From: a virus
IMG/VR virus record: IMGVR_UViG_3300035683_000002
Location: 9,117-73,116 of that record
Direction: 5' to 3' (one strand)
DNA length: 64,000 bases
Shown one piece after another: positions 54,157 through 63,600 of this stretch. The notes under the pieces are model-generated. The model had not been told where the DNA came from. It was given only the letters and a program-made list of their open reading frames with translations, and did not search any database. Each line of letters begins with the position of its first letter. Position 1 is the stretch's first letter. Both the position numbers and the translations under genes were made by a program.

Positions 54157-54413
54157 CCCGGCCGGTGGGTGCGGACGATGTCGATCAGGTCCTTTTCCAG
54201 GTTGGCCGAGAAGCCGTGCAGGACGCCGGCGATGTAGGTCGAGGCGAAGACCTGCCCGTGGGTGAGCTGGTGCTCATACCAGGTGGCGATCTTCGCTGCG
54301 GACGCGCCGCGGATCTCGACCGCGCTGCCGCCCCGGTGGATGCGGATATGGGCGGGCCCGACGACCTCGAGCGTGGCGAAGGGCGGCGCGGGCGCCTGCG
54401 GTTCGTCCGACAT
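54153..54413 (-). CDS. Hypothetical protein (opposite-strand moron)
   Basis: 86 aa with GGAGG RBS. Confidence 0.5.
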   Translation of the reverse strand: MSDEPQAPAPPFATLEVVGPAHIRIHRGGSAVEIRGASAAKIATWYEHQLTHGQVFASTYIAGVLHGFSANLEKDLIDIVRTHRPG

Positions 54414-54589
54414 GGGCTGTCCTCCGGCGTTCCTGTCTTACGACACCACAACGACCACGCGGCCGGAAAAGTTAGGAATGTGTCCCGATAAGCGGCACGA
54501 TATAGGATCAATTGCGTAGGAGCACAGCACTCCGCTATGTTCGCGCAGGCGATCACGAAATCGCGAACGTTACGACAGGGGCAAGGCTG

Positions 54590-54787
54590 ATGCGCGCGAT
54601 CTACTGGCCGACGAAGAAGGCGATCGCCGTCGTCCCCTACCGCGGCTCCATCGAGGCGAAGGACGGCCGCAAGGCCCTCATCGGCCGCGACAACGGCGAC
54701 GCCGAGGTCGACCACTCCACCGTCCTCCTCCTCGATCCTCGCTTCGCCAAGAGCCCCCACCTGGTGCTGACCATCGGCCACGCCTGA
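54590..54787 (+). CDS. Small hypothetical protein
   Basis: ATG 54590; TGATG-coupled to the next gene. Confidence 0.45.
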   Translation: MRAIYWPTKKAIAVVPYRGSIEAKDGRKALIGRDNGDAEVDHSTVLLLDPRFAKSPHLVLTIGHA

Positions 54788-55167
54788 TGTTCGGCCTCCT
54801 GCGTGACGCGGAAGCGCGCCGGCAGGACATGGACGCCTTCGACCAGCTCCCGGCTTCGCTCCGCCACCTCATCTCCTCGGCCCCCTACGGGCCGAGCAGC
54901 GTGCAGATCCTCGGCCTCTACCACCGCCTCGTGCTCTGGTCGGCCGTCAGCCCCGCGCGGGCCACCGCGATGATCGCCCAGGCCTTCCGCGAGGTCACCG
55001 AGGAGAACCTTCACCGCTTCGCCCGCGATTACGCTTGGCAGCACGGTCTCCCGCTGCCCCACGCTGGCGCCCAGGCATCCCTGCTCTGGGAAGATCCGTG
55101 GCGGCAGCCCAGGCGGCCGCGACGCGGGCGACGGCTCATCCCCGGCAGGATGGGTCTGCGCTCCTAG
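54787..55167 (+). CDS. Hypothetical protein
   Basis: DMDAFDQLPASLRHLI pattern. Confidence 0.5.
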   Translation: MFGLLRDAEARRQDMDAFDQLPASLRHLISSAPYGPSSVQILGLYHRLVLWSAVSPARATAMIAQAFREVTEENLHRFARDYAWQHGLPLPHAGAQASLLWEDPWRQPRRPRRGRRLIPGRMGLRS

Positions 55168-55262
55168 CTTCCGGCTCCCCCCCAGCAATGGGGGGTTCCC
55201 TCCCTAAACTGGCCCGGCCGCGCTCCCCTGCGGCCGGGCCTTTCCATTTCAGGGAGGCGCCG

Positions 55263-56486
55263 GTGACGCAGCTCCTCTCCTACGAATTCGCCGACCTGCA
55301 GGGCTACAGCCGCACGGGCATCACCGCGGCGCAGCGCGCCGACGGCACCTGGTTCGAGGTGGGGGCGAACGTCCCGGCCCGCGATGCGCGCGGCCTGGCC
55401 ATCTACAGGCAGGGGGTGAACGCGGTGCGCAACCCGCGCGCCGTCGGCGCCGGTGCCGGCGTCACGCCCACCAACTGGCAGATCGCTATCGCCACCTCGA
55501 CCGGCGTCACCGCGACCCCGGCCGGCATTGTGACGATTGGCGGCGTGCCCTGCCTCGCCATCAACCTCTCCGGCACGCCGGTGGGGGCCGGCGCGCTTCG
55601 GGTCTACTTCGAGACCACCACCGGCGCCGCGGCCGCCACCGGGCAGACCTGGACCTTCAGCGCCTTCCAGGCGCGCAGCGCGGGGCTCACTGGCCTCGGC
55701 ACGCCGGGCTTCGTCCTCGACGAATGCGCCAGCGACGGCTCGTTCCTGACAGGGGGCGGCGCGAGCATCGCGGCGCTCACCACGTCGATCGGACGGCAGG
55801 CGTTCACCCGGACCTTGGCCGGCGCCACCACCGCCTTTCTCCGCCCCTACTGGCAGGCCGCGCTCACCAACGGCGTCGCGGTGTCGGGCACGCTCTATCT
55901 CGGCTGGCCGCAGATGGAGCAGAACGCCACCGCCACGCCGCCGATCCTGCCCGCCGCCGGGACGGTCGCCGCCTCGACGCGCGGCAACGATGGCCCAGTC
56001 TCGGAGCTCCTGCCCGCCAGCGCGGCCAACGCCGCCGTCGTCACGGTCGAGATGGGCTTCCTCATCCCATCCCTGCTGACCAGCCACATCCTCTGGCAGA
56101 TCGCCGCCGCGACCGACTTCAACGACCGCATCATCGCAGGTGTCTCGTCCGGCCAGGCGCGTATCCAGACCATCGTCGGCGGCGTCAGCACGGGTGAATA
56201 CGCCGTCGGAGCGGTCACGCCCGGCGTCGCCCAGGCGCTGGCGGTTTCCTGGGATCGCGCGACCAACACGATCGACACCTCGCTCAACGGTGGCGCGGTG
56301 GTCACCGCCGTCAGGACGCTGCCGCCCGGCCCCTACACGCTGCTCCGATACGGCCACTCGAGCGTGAACTGGCTCGACGGCTACCGCCGCCGGTTCGCCA
56401 TCTACCCGCGCCGCGCCGATCGCGACGACCGCTTCCGCGTCGAGCCCGAGATCCACGGCCTCCGCCGCCTCTCCCTCGCCGCCTGA
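55263..56486 (+). CDS. Head-spike fibre-like protein with a C-terminal LamG/concanavalin-like domain
   Basis: GTG 55263 after GGAGG. N-terminal YSRTG...GTW..VGANVP...GLAI pattern, beta-rich; immediately before a spike-base gene. Confidence 0.6.
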   Translation: MTQLLSYEFADLQGYSRTGITAAQRADGTWFEVGANVPARDARGLAIYRQGVNAVRNPRAVGAGAGVTPTNWQIAIATSTGVTATPAGIVTIGGVPCLAINLSGTPVGAGALRVYFETTTGAAAATGQTWTFSAFQARSAGLTGLGTPGFVLDECASDGSFLTGGGASIAALTTSIGRQAFTRTLAGATTAFLRPYWQAALTNGVAVSGTLYLGWPQMEQNATATPPILPAAGTVAASTRGNDGPVSELLPASAANAAVVTVEMGFLIPSLLTSHILWQIAAATDFNDRIIAGVSSGQARIQTIVGGVSTGEYAVGAVTPGVAQALAVSWDRATNTIDTSLNGGAVVTAVRTLPPGPYTLLRYGHSSVNWLDGYRRRFAIYPRRADRDDRFRVEPEIHGLRRLSLAA

Positions 56487-56508
56487 CCCCACACCACCGG
56501 AGGCCTCC

Positions 56509-56760
56509 ATGCCGCAGGAACCCGCCACCAAGCGGCCCCTCGGGCCGTACGAGAGTGCGTTCGCCATCACGCCCGGCGAGCCCTTCGCGGTGATCCCCGA
56601 GGCGGTGCACGTCGGCGGCGCCGGCGACATGGCGGTCACCTTCCGCGACGGCTCCACCGTCACGTTGAAGGGCCTCGCCGCCGGCCAGCTCGTCCGCATC
56701 CGCCCGATCTCGGTCGAGGCGACCGGCACCACCGCCGCCGACATCGTCGGCCTGTTCTAA
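56509..56760 (+). CDS. Head-spike base protein (RcGTA rcc01079-like)
   Basis: AFAITP...AVHVGGAGDMAV...GSTVTLKGLAAG...V.ATGTTAADIVGL. Confidence 0.75.
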   Translation: MPQEPATKRPLGPYESAFAITPGEPFAVIPEAVHVGGAGDMAVTFRDGSTVTLKGLAAGQLVRIRPISVEATGTTAADIVGLF

Positions 56761-56763
56761 ACC

Positions 56764-58632
56764 ATGGCCGAGGACCCGTTCCCGCCGCAGGGTGCTCCTG
56801 TCCCCCGCGCGGGGACGGAGCGCGCGCTCGACCCGAACGTGCTGCAGCGCGCCGCCGCGGCCGTCGGGCGCTTCCTCGGGCTCGGCGCCGCGGCGCAGCG
56901 CCAGATCGACGCCGCCGGCGCAGCGCAGGTCGAGGCCGCCGCCGCCGCGACGAACGTGGCCGAGGTGCTGCCGCAGCGCCCCATCGGGCTGGCGATGAGC
57001 GCCGCGCCGGAGCTGATCGCCCAGCAATCCGAGGCCTGGATGGGCCCGGGCCGGCCGATGACGCCGATGGCGCCGCGCGAGGACGTCGCCGGCCGCCTCT
57101 TCGACTACCAGACCGGCTACAACCTCTCGACCACGCCGCGCCGCTACGAGGGGGTCGGCTTCGCCCAGCTCCGCATGCTCGCGGATGGCTGCGACCTGCT
57201 CAGAACTGCGATCGAGACCCGCAAGGATCAGCTCTCGAAGATCGGCTTCTCGGTGCTCCCGAAGAAGCGCGCCGACGAGACCCACCGGCCCAAGGCCGAC
57301 GACCGGTGCCGCCAAGTCGAGGCCTTCCTGAAGACGCCCGACGGCGTCCACCGCTGGGACGTGTGGATCCGCGACGTCGCCGAGCAGCTCTTCGTCTGCG
57401 ACGCGATCCCGCTCTACCGGCGCCGCGACCGGGGCGGGAAGCCCTTCGCGCTCGAGCTCGTCGACCCGGCCACGATCAACGTGCTGATCGACAAGACGGG
57501 CCGCCGCCCGCTGTCGCCCGCGCCCGCCTACCAGCAGATCCTGAAGGGCATCCCGGCGGTCAACTACACCACCGAGGAGCTGAGCTACCACAAGCGGAAC
57601 CAGCGGGTTCACCGGGTCTACGGCTACTCCATCGTCGAGCAGATCCTCGTCACGGTGAACATCGCGCTCCGCAGGACCACCGCGCAGCTCGAGCATTTCA
57701 CCGAGGGCAACATCCCCGAGGCGCTGGCGCAGGCCCCGCCCGCCTGGGGGCCGCAGCAGATCCAGGAATTCCAGCGCTACTTCGACCAAGTGATGATGGC
57801 GCAGGGCGCGGGGAACAAGCGCCGGATGCACTTCGTGCCGGGCGGCACGGGCTACATCCCGACGCGGGCCGACAGCGCGCTCACCGACCAGTTCGACGAG
57901 TGGCTCGCGCGGCTGATCTGCTACGCCTTCAGCCTGCCGCCCTTCCCCTTCGTCCGGCAGCAGAACCGCGCCACGGCCGAGACGGCCCACGACGCGGCGC
58001 TCGAGGAGGGCATCGCCCCGCTGCTGGTCTACCTGAAGGGCATCCTCGACGGGGAGATCGCGGGCTTCTTCGGGTTCGATGACCTCGAGATCGTCTGGGA
58101 CGACGTCCGCAAGATCGACCCGGCCGAGCAGCAGCAGATGGACCTGGCCGACATCCGCCAGGGCATCATCTCGATCGACGAGGTCCGCGCGCGCCGCGGC
58201 GAGCCGCCGCTGGGCGTGCCGCACGTGATCTGGGGCGTGGGCCCGCTCGGCTTCATGTCGGTCGAGAGCTTCAAGAAGGCCCTGAAGATGGGCCTCGACA
58301 TGCCGCCCTTGCCGATGTCGCCGGAGATGGGGATGCCGGGCGCGCCTGGTGCTGACCCGCTCGCCGGCGCGCCGCCGGAGCTGCTCGCCCAGCTCGGCAT
58401 CGAGGGCCCGCCCGAGGGCGTGCCGCCCGGTGGTCCGATGATGGGCCACAACGGCGGCCCGCCGATGGACGCCGCGGCGATCGAGGACGAGGACCTCGAC
58501 GCCGAGGAGGAGGAGGCCGAGGCGGCGCCGCAGATCATCGTGCCGCGCCGCGCCGATCGGCTCCGCCGGGCTCGCACGGTGATCCCGGAGGCGCGGGCCC
58601 TCCTGCGCCGCATGGAAGGTCGGATCCCATGA
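56764..58632 (+). CDS. Phage portal protein
   Basis: LRMLAD..DLLRTAIETRKDQ, LELVDPATI, YGYSIVEQI, ISIDEVRARRGEPPL; position between terL and the head genes. Confidence 0.85.
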   Translation: MAEDPFPPQGAPVPRAGTERALDPNVLQRAAAAVGRFLGLGAAAQRQIDAAGAAQVEAAAAATNVAEVLPQRPIGLAMSAAPELIAQQSEAWMGPGRPMTPMAPREDVAGRLFDYQTGYNLSTTPRRYEGVGFAQLRMLADGCDLLRTAIETRKDQLSKIGFSVLPKKRADETHRPKADDRCRQVEAFLKTPDGVHRWDVWIRDVAEQLFVCDAIPLYRRRDRGGKPFALELVDPATINVLIDKTGRRPLSPAPAYQQILKGIPAVNYTTEELSYHKRNQRVHRVYGYSIVEQILVTVNIALRRTTAQLEHFTEGNIPEALAQAPPAWGPQQIQEFQRYFDQVMMAQGAGNKRRMHFVPGGTGYIPTRADSALTDQFDEWLARLICYAFSLPPFPFVRQQNRATAETAHDAALEEGIAPLLVYLKGILDGEIAGFFGFDDLEIVWDDVRKIDPAEQQQMDLADIRQGIISIDEVRARRGEPPLGVPHVIWGVGPLGFMSVESFKKALKMGLDMPPLPMSPEMGMPGAPGADPLAGAPPELLAQLGIEGPPEGVPPGGPMMGHNGGPPMDAAAIEDEDLDAEEEEAEAAPQIIVPRRADRLRRARTVIPEARALLRRMEGRIP

Positions 58633-60647
58633 GCTTCAATCGCTTCATCGGCCGGGCGCTGGGCATCAAGCCGAAGCGCCCGCCGCGCCCCTCCCTGCCG
58701 ATGGCGCGCGGCCGCGGCTGGGGCAGCGCCTTCCAGCCGTCGAACGTCCCGGGCGCTCAGCGCCTGCAGGCGACCAACTCCGCCACCGGGGGCTCCACCA
58801 TGCCGACCGCCGACAGCCCTGCCCTCGTCGAGGCGCGCCGGCGCGGGCTCTTCCGCGGCGTGGGGAAGGGGGAGCTCGCGAAGGGCCTCGCCGCCTTCGC
58901 CGCCCGCAAGCTCGCCACCCGTGCGGTGAAGATCGCCGTGAGGTCGGCGGCGCAGGGCTGGCGGCGCGGGCCGCTGCTCGACGCCCAGAAGGCCGTTGCC
59001 GGGACCTATGCCGCCTCGAGGGGCGGCCGCCGCGGTGGGAAGGCGGGCATCATTCCCCGCATGGCCCATACCGCCCAGGTCGGTGCCAAAGCGGGCCTGC
59101 GCTACGCCCGCCGGAACCCGAAGGCCGCCGCGATGGCCACCGGCAAGGCGATCCGCGACCACGCCCAGGAGCACCGCGGCAGCTACGCCCTGACCGCCGG
59201 CTTCGCGCTCGGCGACCGCTTCGGCGATTCCCCGCGGCAGCGCGACGAGCAGCTCGGCAAGCGCACGCCCGGCACGCCGCTCTCGGAGGCCGAGCTTGAG
59301 CAGCGCCGCGCGGCCGCCCGGTCGAAGATGAGGGAGCGCATGCCGGCCGAGCGGTCGACGATGACGACCTTCGGCGGCGCCATGGGCGCGGCGGTCGGCT
59401 TCGGCATCGGCGCCGTCGCGACCAACGCGCTGAATCCGATCGACCGGCGCCTGAAGACCCGCGCGGCTGGCCACCAGGCCGAGACCGAGGGGGCGCTGAA
59501 GGTCCTCAGCCGGCACGCCGCCGTGCTGCGCAGCAGCAAGAGCCGCAGCCGCGCCGTCGTGCCCTACGACACCGCCGCCGCCGTCGTGCCGAAGCACATC
59601 GCGAGCGCCCAGGATCGCCTCGCCGCCGGCGTGAAGGGCGTGGAGCGCACCGGGCGCCTTCAGCGCCTGAACAGCCGCGTCGCCCTCGCCGTCATGGGGG
59701 CCTCGGCCCTGGCCGGCGGCCTCCTCGGCGCCCGTTCGGCCGGGCGCGGCGTCGACCGGATGCACGCCGAGATGGAGGCCGAGCTCGACGCACAATGGGA
59801 TCGCCGCGCAGCCGAGGAGCGCGCCAAGCGCGATGGGCTCGGCAAGCGCGCCGGCGACGGCCACCTCTCCGAGGCCGAGCACGCCCAGCGCGTGGCGGCG
59901 GCGCGGGCCTCGGCCGAGAAGCGCCGCGGCGCCGGTGGTGGCCCCGAGGCGGGGAGCCGCGAGCCGCGCGCTCTGCCGGGCGGCCCGTCCCCCCAGCCGA
60001 AGAAGAGCAGCCTCTTCAGCCAGTACCGCGCTGATCCCGACGACAAGGAGTGGAAGGGCAGGGGCGACGACGCCCCGGCGCCGCGCTCCGGCCCCTTCGT
60101 CCGCTCGGTGCAGAAGCCCCAGGTGCCGAAGGAGCTCGGCGAGGAGAAGTATGTTGAGCTCGCGCGCTGGGCTGCTGGCCGCACCCGCGACATGCGCCCC
60201 GACGTCCTCACCCGCGCGGCCGCCAAGGGCTTGATCCCGGGCGAGGGGCGGCGCGCGAACGAGGCCAAGCCCGACCCGAAGACCGTCCGGGTGGCCTACA
60301 ACCTGGCGCGCAACCTCGCGCTGCATGACGTCGGCGTCTTCGAGTTCGACTGGAACCTGACGCCGGAGGCCCAGGAGCAGCTCCGCCCGCTGGTCCCGTT
60401 CATGCGCTACGCCCGCCGGGTGCAGGGCAACGCGCTGCGCGAGGAGAAGGCGGGGGAGTGGGCGCCCTTCCGGCGGGAGTTCGGCAAGCCGTTCAAGGAT
60501 GGCCGCACTTACGCGAAGGACACCCGCGGGCAGAAGGCCGGCGAGGAGAAGAAGGCCTTCGCCCGGCACCTCCACTTCCTGAAGGCGATCGGCGCCGGCG
60601 ACCTGGCCAAGTCGCTGGCCGAGGTCGGCGACCCGGCCCTCGCCTGA
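58629..60647 (+). CDS. Large Arg/Ala-rich head-region protein, probably internal/ejected cargo
   Basis: 672 aa coupled to the portal gene; hydrophobic G/A-rich helices and two LSEAE..QR..AAR repeats. Confidence 0.7.
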   Translation: MSFNRFIGRALGIKPKRPPRPSLPMARGRGWGSAFQPSNVPGAQRLQATNSATGGSTMPTADSPALVEARRRGLFRGVGKGELAKGLAAFAARKLATRAVKIAVRSAAQGWRRGPLLDAQKAVAGTYAASRGGRRGGKAGIIPRMAHTAQVGAKAGLRYARRNPKAAAMATGKAIRDHAQEHRGSYALTAGFALGDRFGDSPRQRDEQLGKRTPGTPLSEAELEQRRAAARSKMRERMPAERSTMTTFGGAMGAAVGFGIGAVATNALNPIDRRLKTRAAGHQAETEGALKVLSRHAAVLRSSKSRSRAVVPYDTAAAVVPKHIASAQDRLAAGVKGVERTGRLQRLNSRVALAVMGASALAGGLLGARSAGRGVDRMHAEMEAELDAQWDRRAAEERAKRDGLGKRAGDGHLSEAEHAQRVAAARASAEKRRGAGGGPEAGSREPRALPGGPSPQPKKSSLFSQYRADPDDKEWKGRGDDAPAPRSGPFVRSVQKPQVPKELGEEKYVELARWAAGRTRDMRPDVLTRAAAKGLIPGEGRRANEAKPDPKTVRVAYNLARNLALHDVGVFEFDWNLTPEAQEQLRPLVPFMRYARRVQGNALREEKAGEWAPFRREFGKPFKDGRTYAKDTRGQKAGEEKKAFARHLHFLKAIGAGDLAKSLAEVGDPALA

Positions 60648-63600
60648 TGCTCGAGAAGCGCACCCCAGGGACGCCGCTCAGCGAGGCCGAGCTGCAGCAG
60701 CGCCGCGATGCCGCCCGTGCCCGCTGGGCCGAGGGCGCCGTCGGCGGGGCTGCTGGCGCGGTCGGCGCGGCGGTGCTGACGGACCGGCTTAACCGTCGGA
60801 AGGCCGGTGCCCAGGTGCGCGCCGGCCAGGCCTCGGCCGAGACCGTGACCACCGCGGCGGAGAGCCGCATCAAGCAGCGCCTCGCCGAGGCCGCGACGAC
60901 CTCCCGCCGCGCTGGCGGGGATCGGGTGGTCGGCACCTATGGGGAGTTCCTGCAGGGGCGCATCGCCCGCCGGGCGGCCGACATCGAGGCCATCCGGGCG
61001 GGCAGGGGCGTTCCCGCCTACCGCGTGCCCGACATCGAGAGCCTGCCGAAGGACGCGGTCCTCGACGGGCTCGCGGCGCGCCAGGCGGCCGATAGTGAGA
61101 TGCTCGCCCGGGTGCGGGCGATCCCGCCGGCGCGGCGGGTCTTCGTCGAGGGCGGCGAGCGCCGCGGCGCAGCTGCGCACGAGCGCACCGTGAAGGTCTG
61201 GACCGACCCGACGAAGGAGAACGCCCCGCCGCCGGCCAGGAAGCGGCCCCGCGCGGGTGGGAGGGGAGGCAGCGGGCCGGACGTCCTCGACGACGTCTTC
61301 GGGCCCCGCAGCGGCTCCCCAGCGCCCCAGACCACCGCGCCCGAGCTCTCCCCCGAGGAGCGGGCGAGGCTGGCCGAGAACGCCCGGGCCGGCCGGGAGC
61401 GCAAGCTCGCAGGCGCCGAGGCGTGGCAGGCCAAGGCAGAGGCCCGGCTGCAGCGGCTCCGGGAGGCCGGCGAGGACAAGGCGGCCGCGAAGCTCGAGCG
61501 CGACCTCTTCGCCTCGCGCCGCCGCACCGAGAGGAAGCGCCAGCGGACGCTCGAGGCCGCGAACCCGATCGAGCGGGCGACGAAGGTCAGCCGCCTCGCG
61601 GCCGAGATCCTCGCCGAGAACCGCGGCATGCCCGTCGGCATGGCCGAGGACCTGGCGCGCGAGGAGCTCGGCCTCCACCGCCGCAAGGTGAAGACCACCG
61701 TGGGGGTCAGCGAGGGGCGCCCGACGACGGTCCCCGACCGCACCATGCTCGTCCGCCCCCGCTGGCCGGGCGAGGAGCTGCGCGAGGAATGGCGCCGCGA
61801 GATCCGGGGGGGCACGGCGGCCGACGCGGAGTTCTTCCAGGCCCGCACCCGCACGGCGGCCGAGGCGGCAGCGCGGCGTGCCCGCGCGGGCGGCATCGGC
61901 GCGGCAAGGGCCACGCTGGCCCGCTTCCCGAAGATGACCCGGGGGCGCCTGGCGGCGCTGGGCGCTGCTGGCGCGCTGGTCGGCGCGCTGGGCGCTGGCC
62001 TCGCCAAGCGTGCACCGGCCACCTCCGCCGAGCTCGACAAGATTTGCGCCGCAGCGCGCCCGCCGCGATCCTATGCGGAGGCCGAGGCCGGGACCTACCC
62101 GAAAGCGCACCTCAACCTTCACGGGATGCGGATCACGATCGAGACCCCGCGCGGGTCCGAGCGGATCGGCTGGAAGCGCGAGGGCGGGGTGAAGTGGCGG
62201 TGCACCATGCCCGGCCACTACGGCTACGTCCGGGGGAGCAAGGGCGCCGACGGTGACCACATCGACGTCACCCTCGGGCCGAAGGCGCTGGATCCCGCCT
62301 GCCCGGTCTGGGTGGTGGACCAGCACCGCGCCGACGGCTCCTTCGACGAGCATAAGTGCTTCCTGGGCTGGCCGACGCGCGAGGCGGCGATCGGCGCCTA
62401 CGATGCAAGCTTCTCAGACGGGCGGGGTTCGGAGCGGCGCCGCGGCGTGACGCGGATGGAGCTCCGAACCTTTCGAGAGTGGGCAACGGGGAACGCGACG
62501 GCCGAGCCGCTCGCCAAGGCTGCCCACCGCGTCTTCGCCCGCTGGGCGCGCGGCACGAAGTGGAATGCCGAAGCGCTGTCGGCGATGCACCCGCGCGGGG
62601 CGCGCGTAGTGACCTCGCCGCGGGTCATGCGGCCGGACGGGCCGATCGCCGGCTTCTACGTCCCCCGGCAGCGCGCCGCCTCGGACCTCTACATGAACCC
62701 GAGCACCGTGAAGCGCGGCGGTGGTGCCGGCTCCCTGCAGACGCGCACGCACGAGCTCACCCACGTCGCCGATACGCAGTCGCGCTTCCCCTTGGTGCGC
62801 CACCGGGGCATGAATCGGGCCCTCCAGGCGATCGGGGACCTGACCCACCGTGCCTATCCGCGACACCTCCGGGGCGTCGAGCTCACCGCCACACTCGGCG
62901 AGATGCTCAGCAGCCGGCACCACGGCTCCCGCCGGGCCCTCAACAACTTCACCCAGAACCTCGGCCCCCGGCTCGCCGCGCGTGGCGCCCCTGGCGCCAG
63001 CGCCGTGGCCAGGGCGATCGGCCGGGAGTTTCGGGTTCGTGGACTCCTCCGCAAATCGGTCGGAGATCCCGACGCTCCTGACGCGCTAGCCAAGGCGGCA
63101 CCCTCATTTGAGGGTATCGCCTCCCGCGCCGAGGCCGCGCTCGCCGGCGCGCTGGGGCGGGTCTTCCGCCGGTGGGGGGATGACCCCCGGGCGGTCGGCA
63201 ACGAGGACGAAGTATCGGAGGCGCTCGACCCTGTTCGCGAAGTGTTCCTCTCCTCGGCCGAACTTGCTGCAGATCAGGCTGTTCCGCCGCCTCCGCCCCC
63301 GGGAAGCGGCACCGATGGGCCCGGTACACCTGGTGGGCCCGACCGCCGCATCACCGTGGACCTCGACGCCCGCCGGCCGGACGTCGAGCGGCACCTCCGC
63401 GAATACAGCCTGAAGCGCATCCGGGAGATCTCCGACGCCTCCCGGCAGACCATCCGCGATGTTCTCGTCCGGGCCTCGATCAGCGGCGCCAGCACCCAGC
63501 AGCAGGCGCGCGAGATCCGGGACTCTATCGGGCTGACCTCGGCGCAGGCCGGGTGGGTGCGGACCTTCCGCTTCCAGCTCGACGCCCTCGACCCCCGGGT

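Noticed and set aside
56311-62353. Long antisense ORFs (e.g. 56311-58449, 58029-60575, 60509-62353 minus; likewise 16120-18189 plus and 41736-43643 minus)
   Set aside because: These are shadow frames typical of very GC-rich DNA, opposite well-supported genes, with Arg/Pro/Gly-rich translations and no motifs.
60939-63089. Several short plus-strand ORFs in the track
   Set aside because: They are out-of-frame fragments inside the single ORF starting at 60647, which the track omits because it has no stop in the window.
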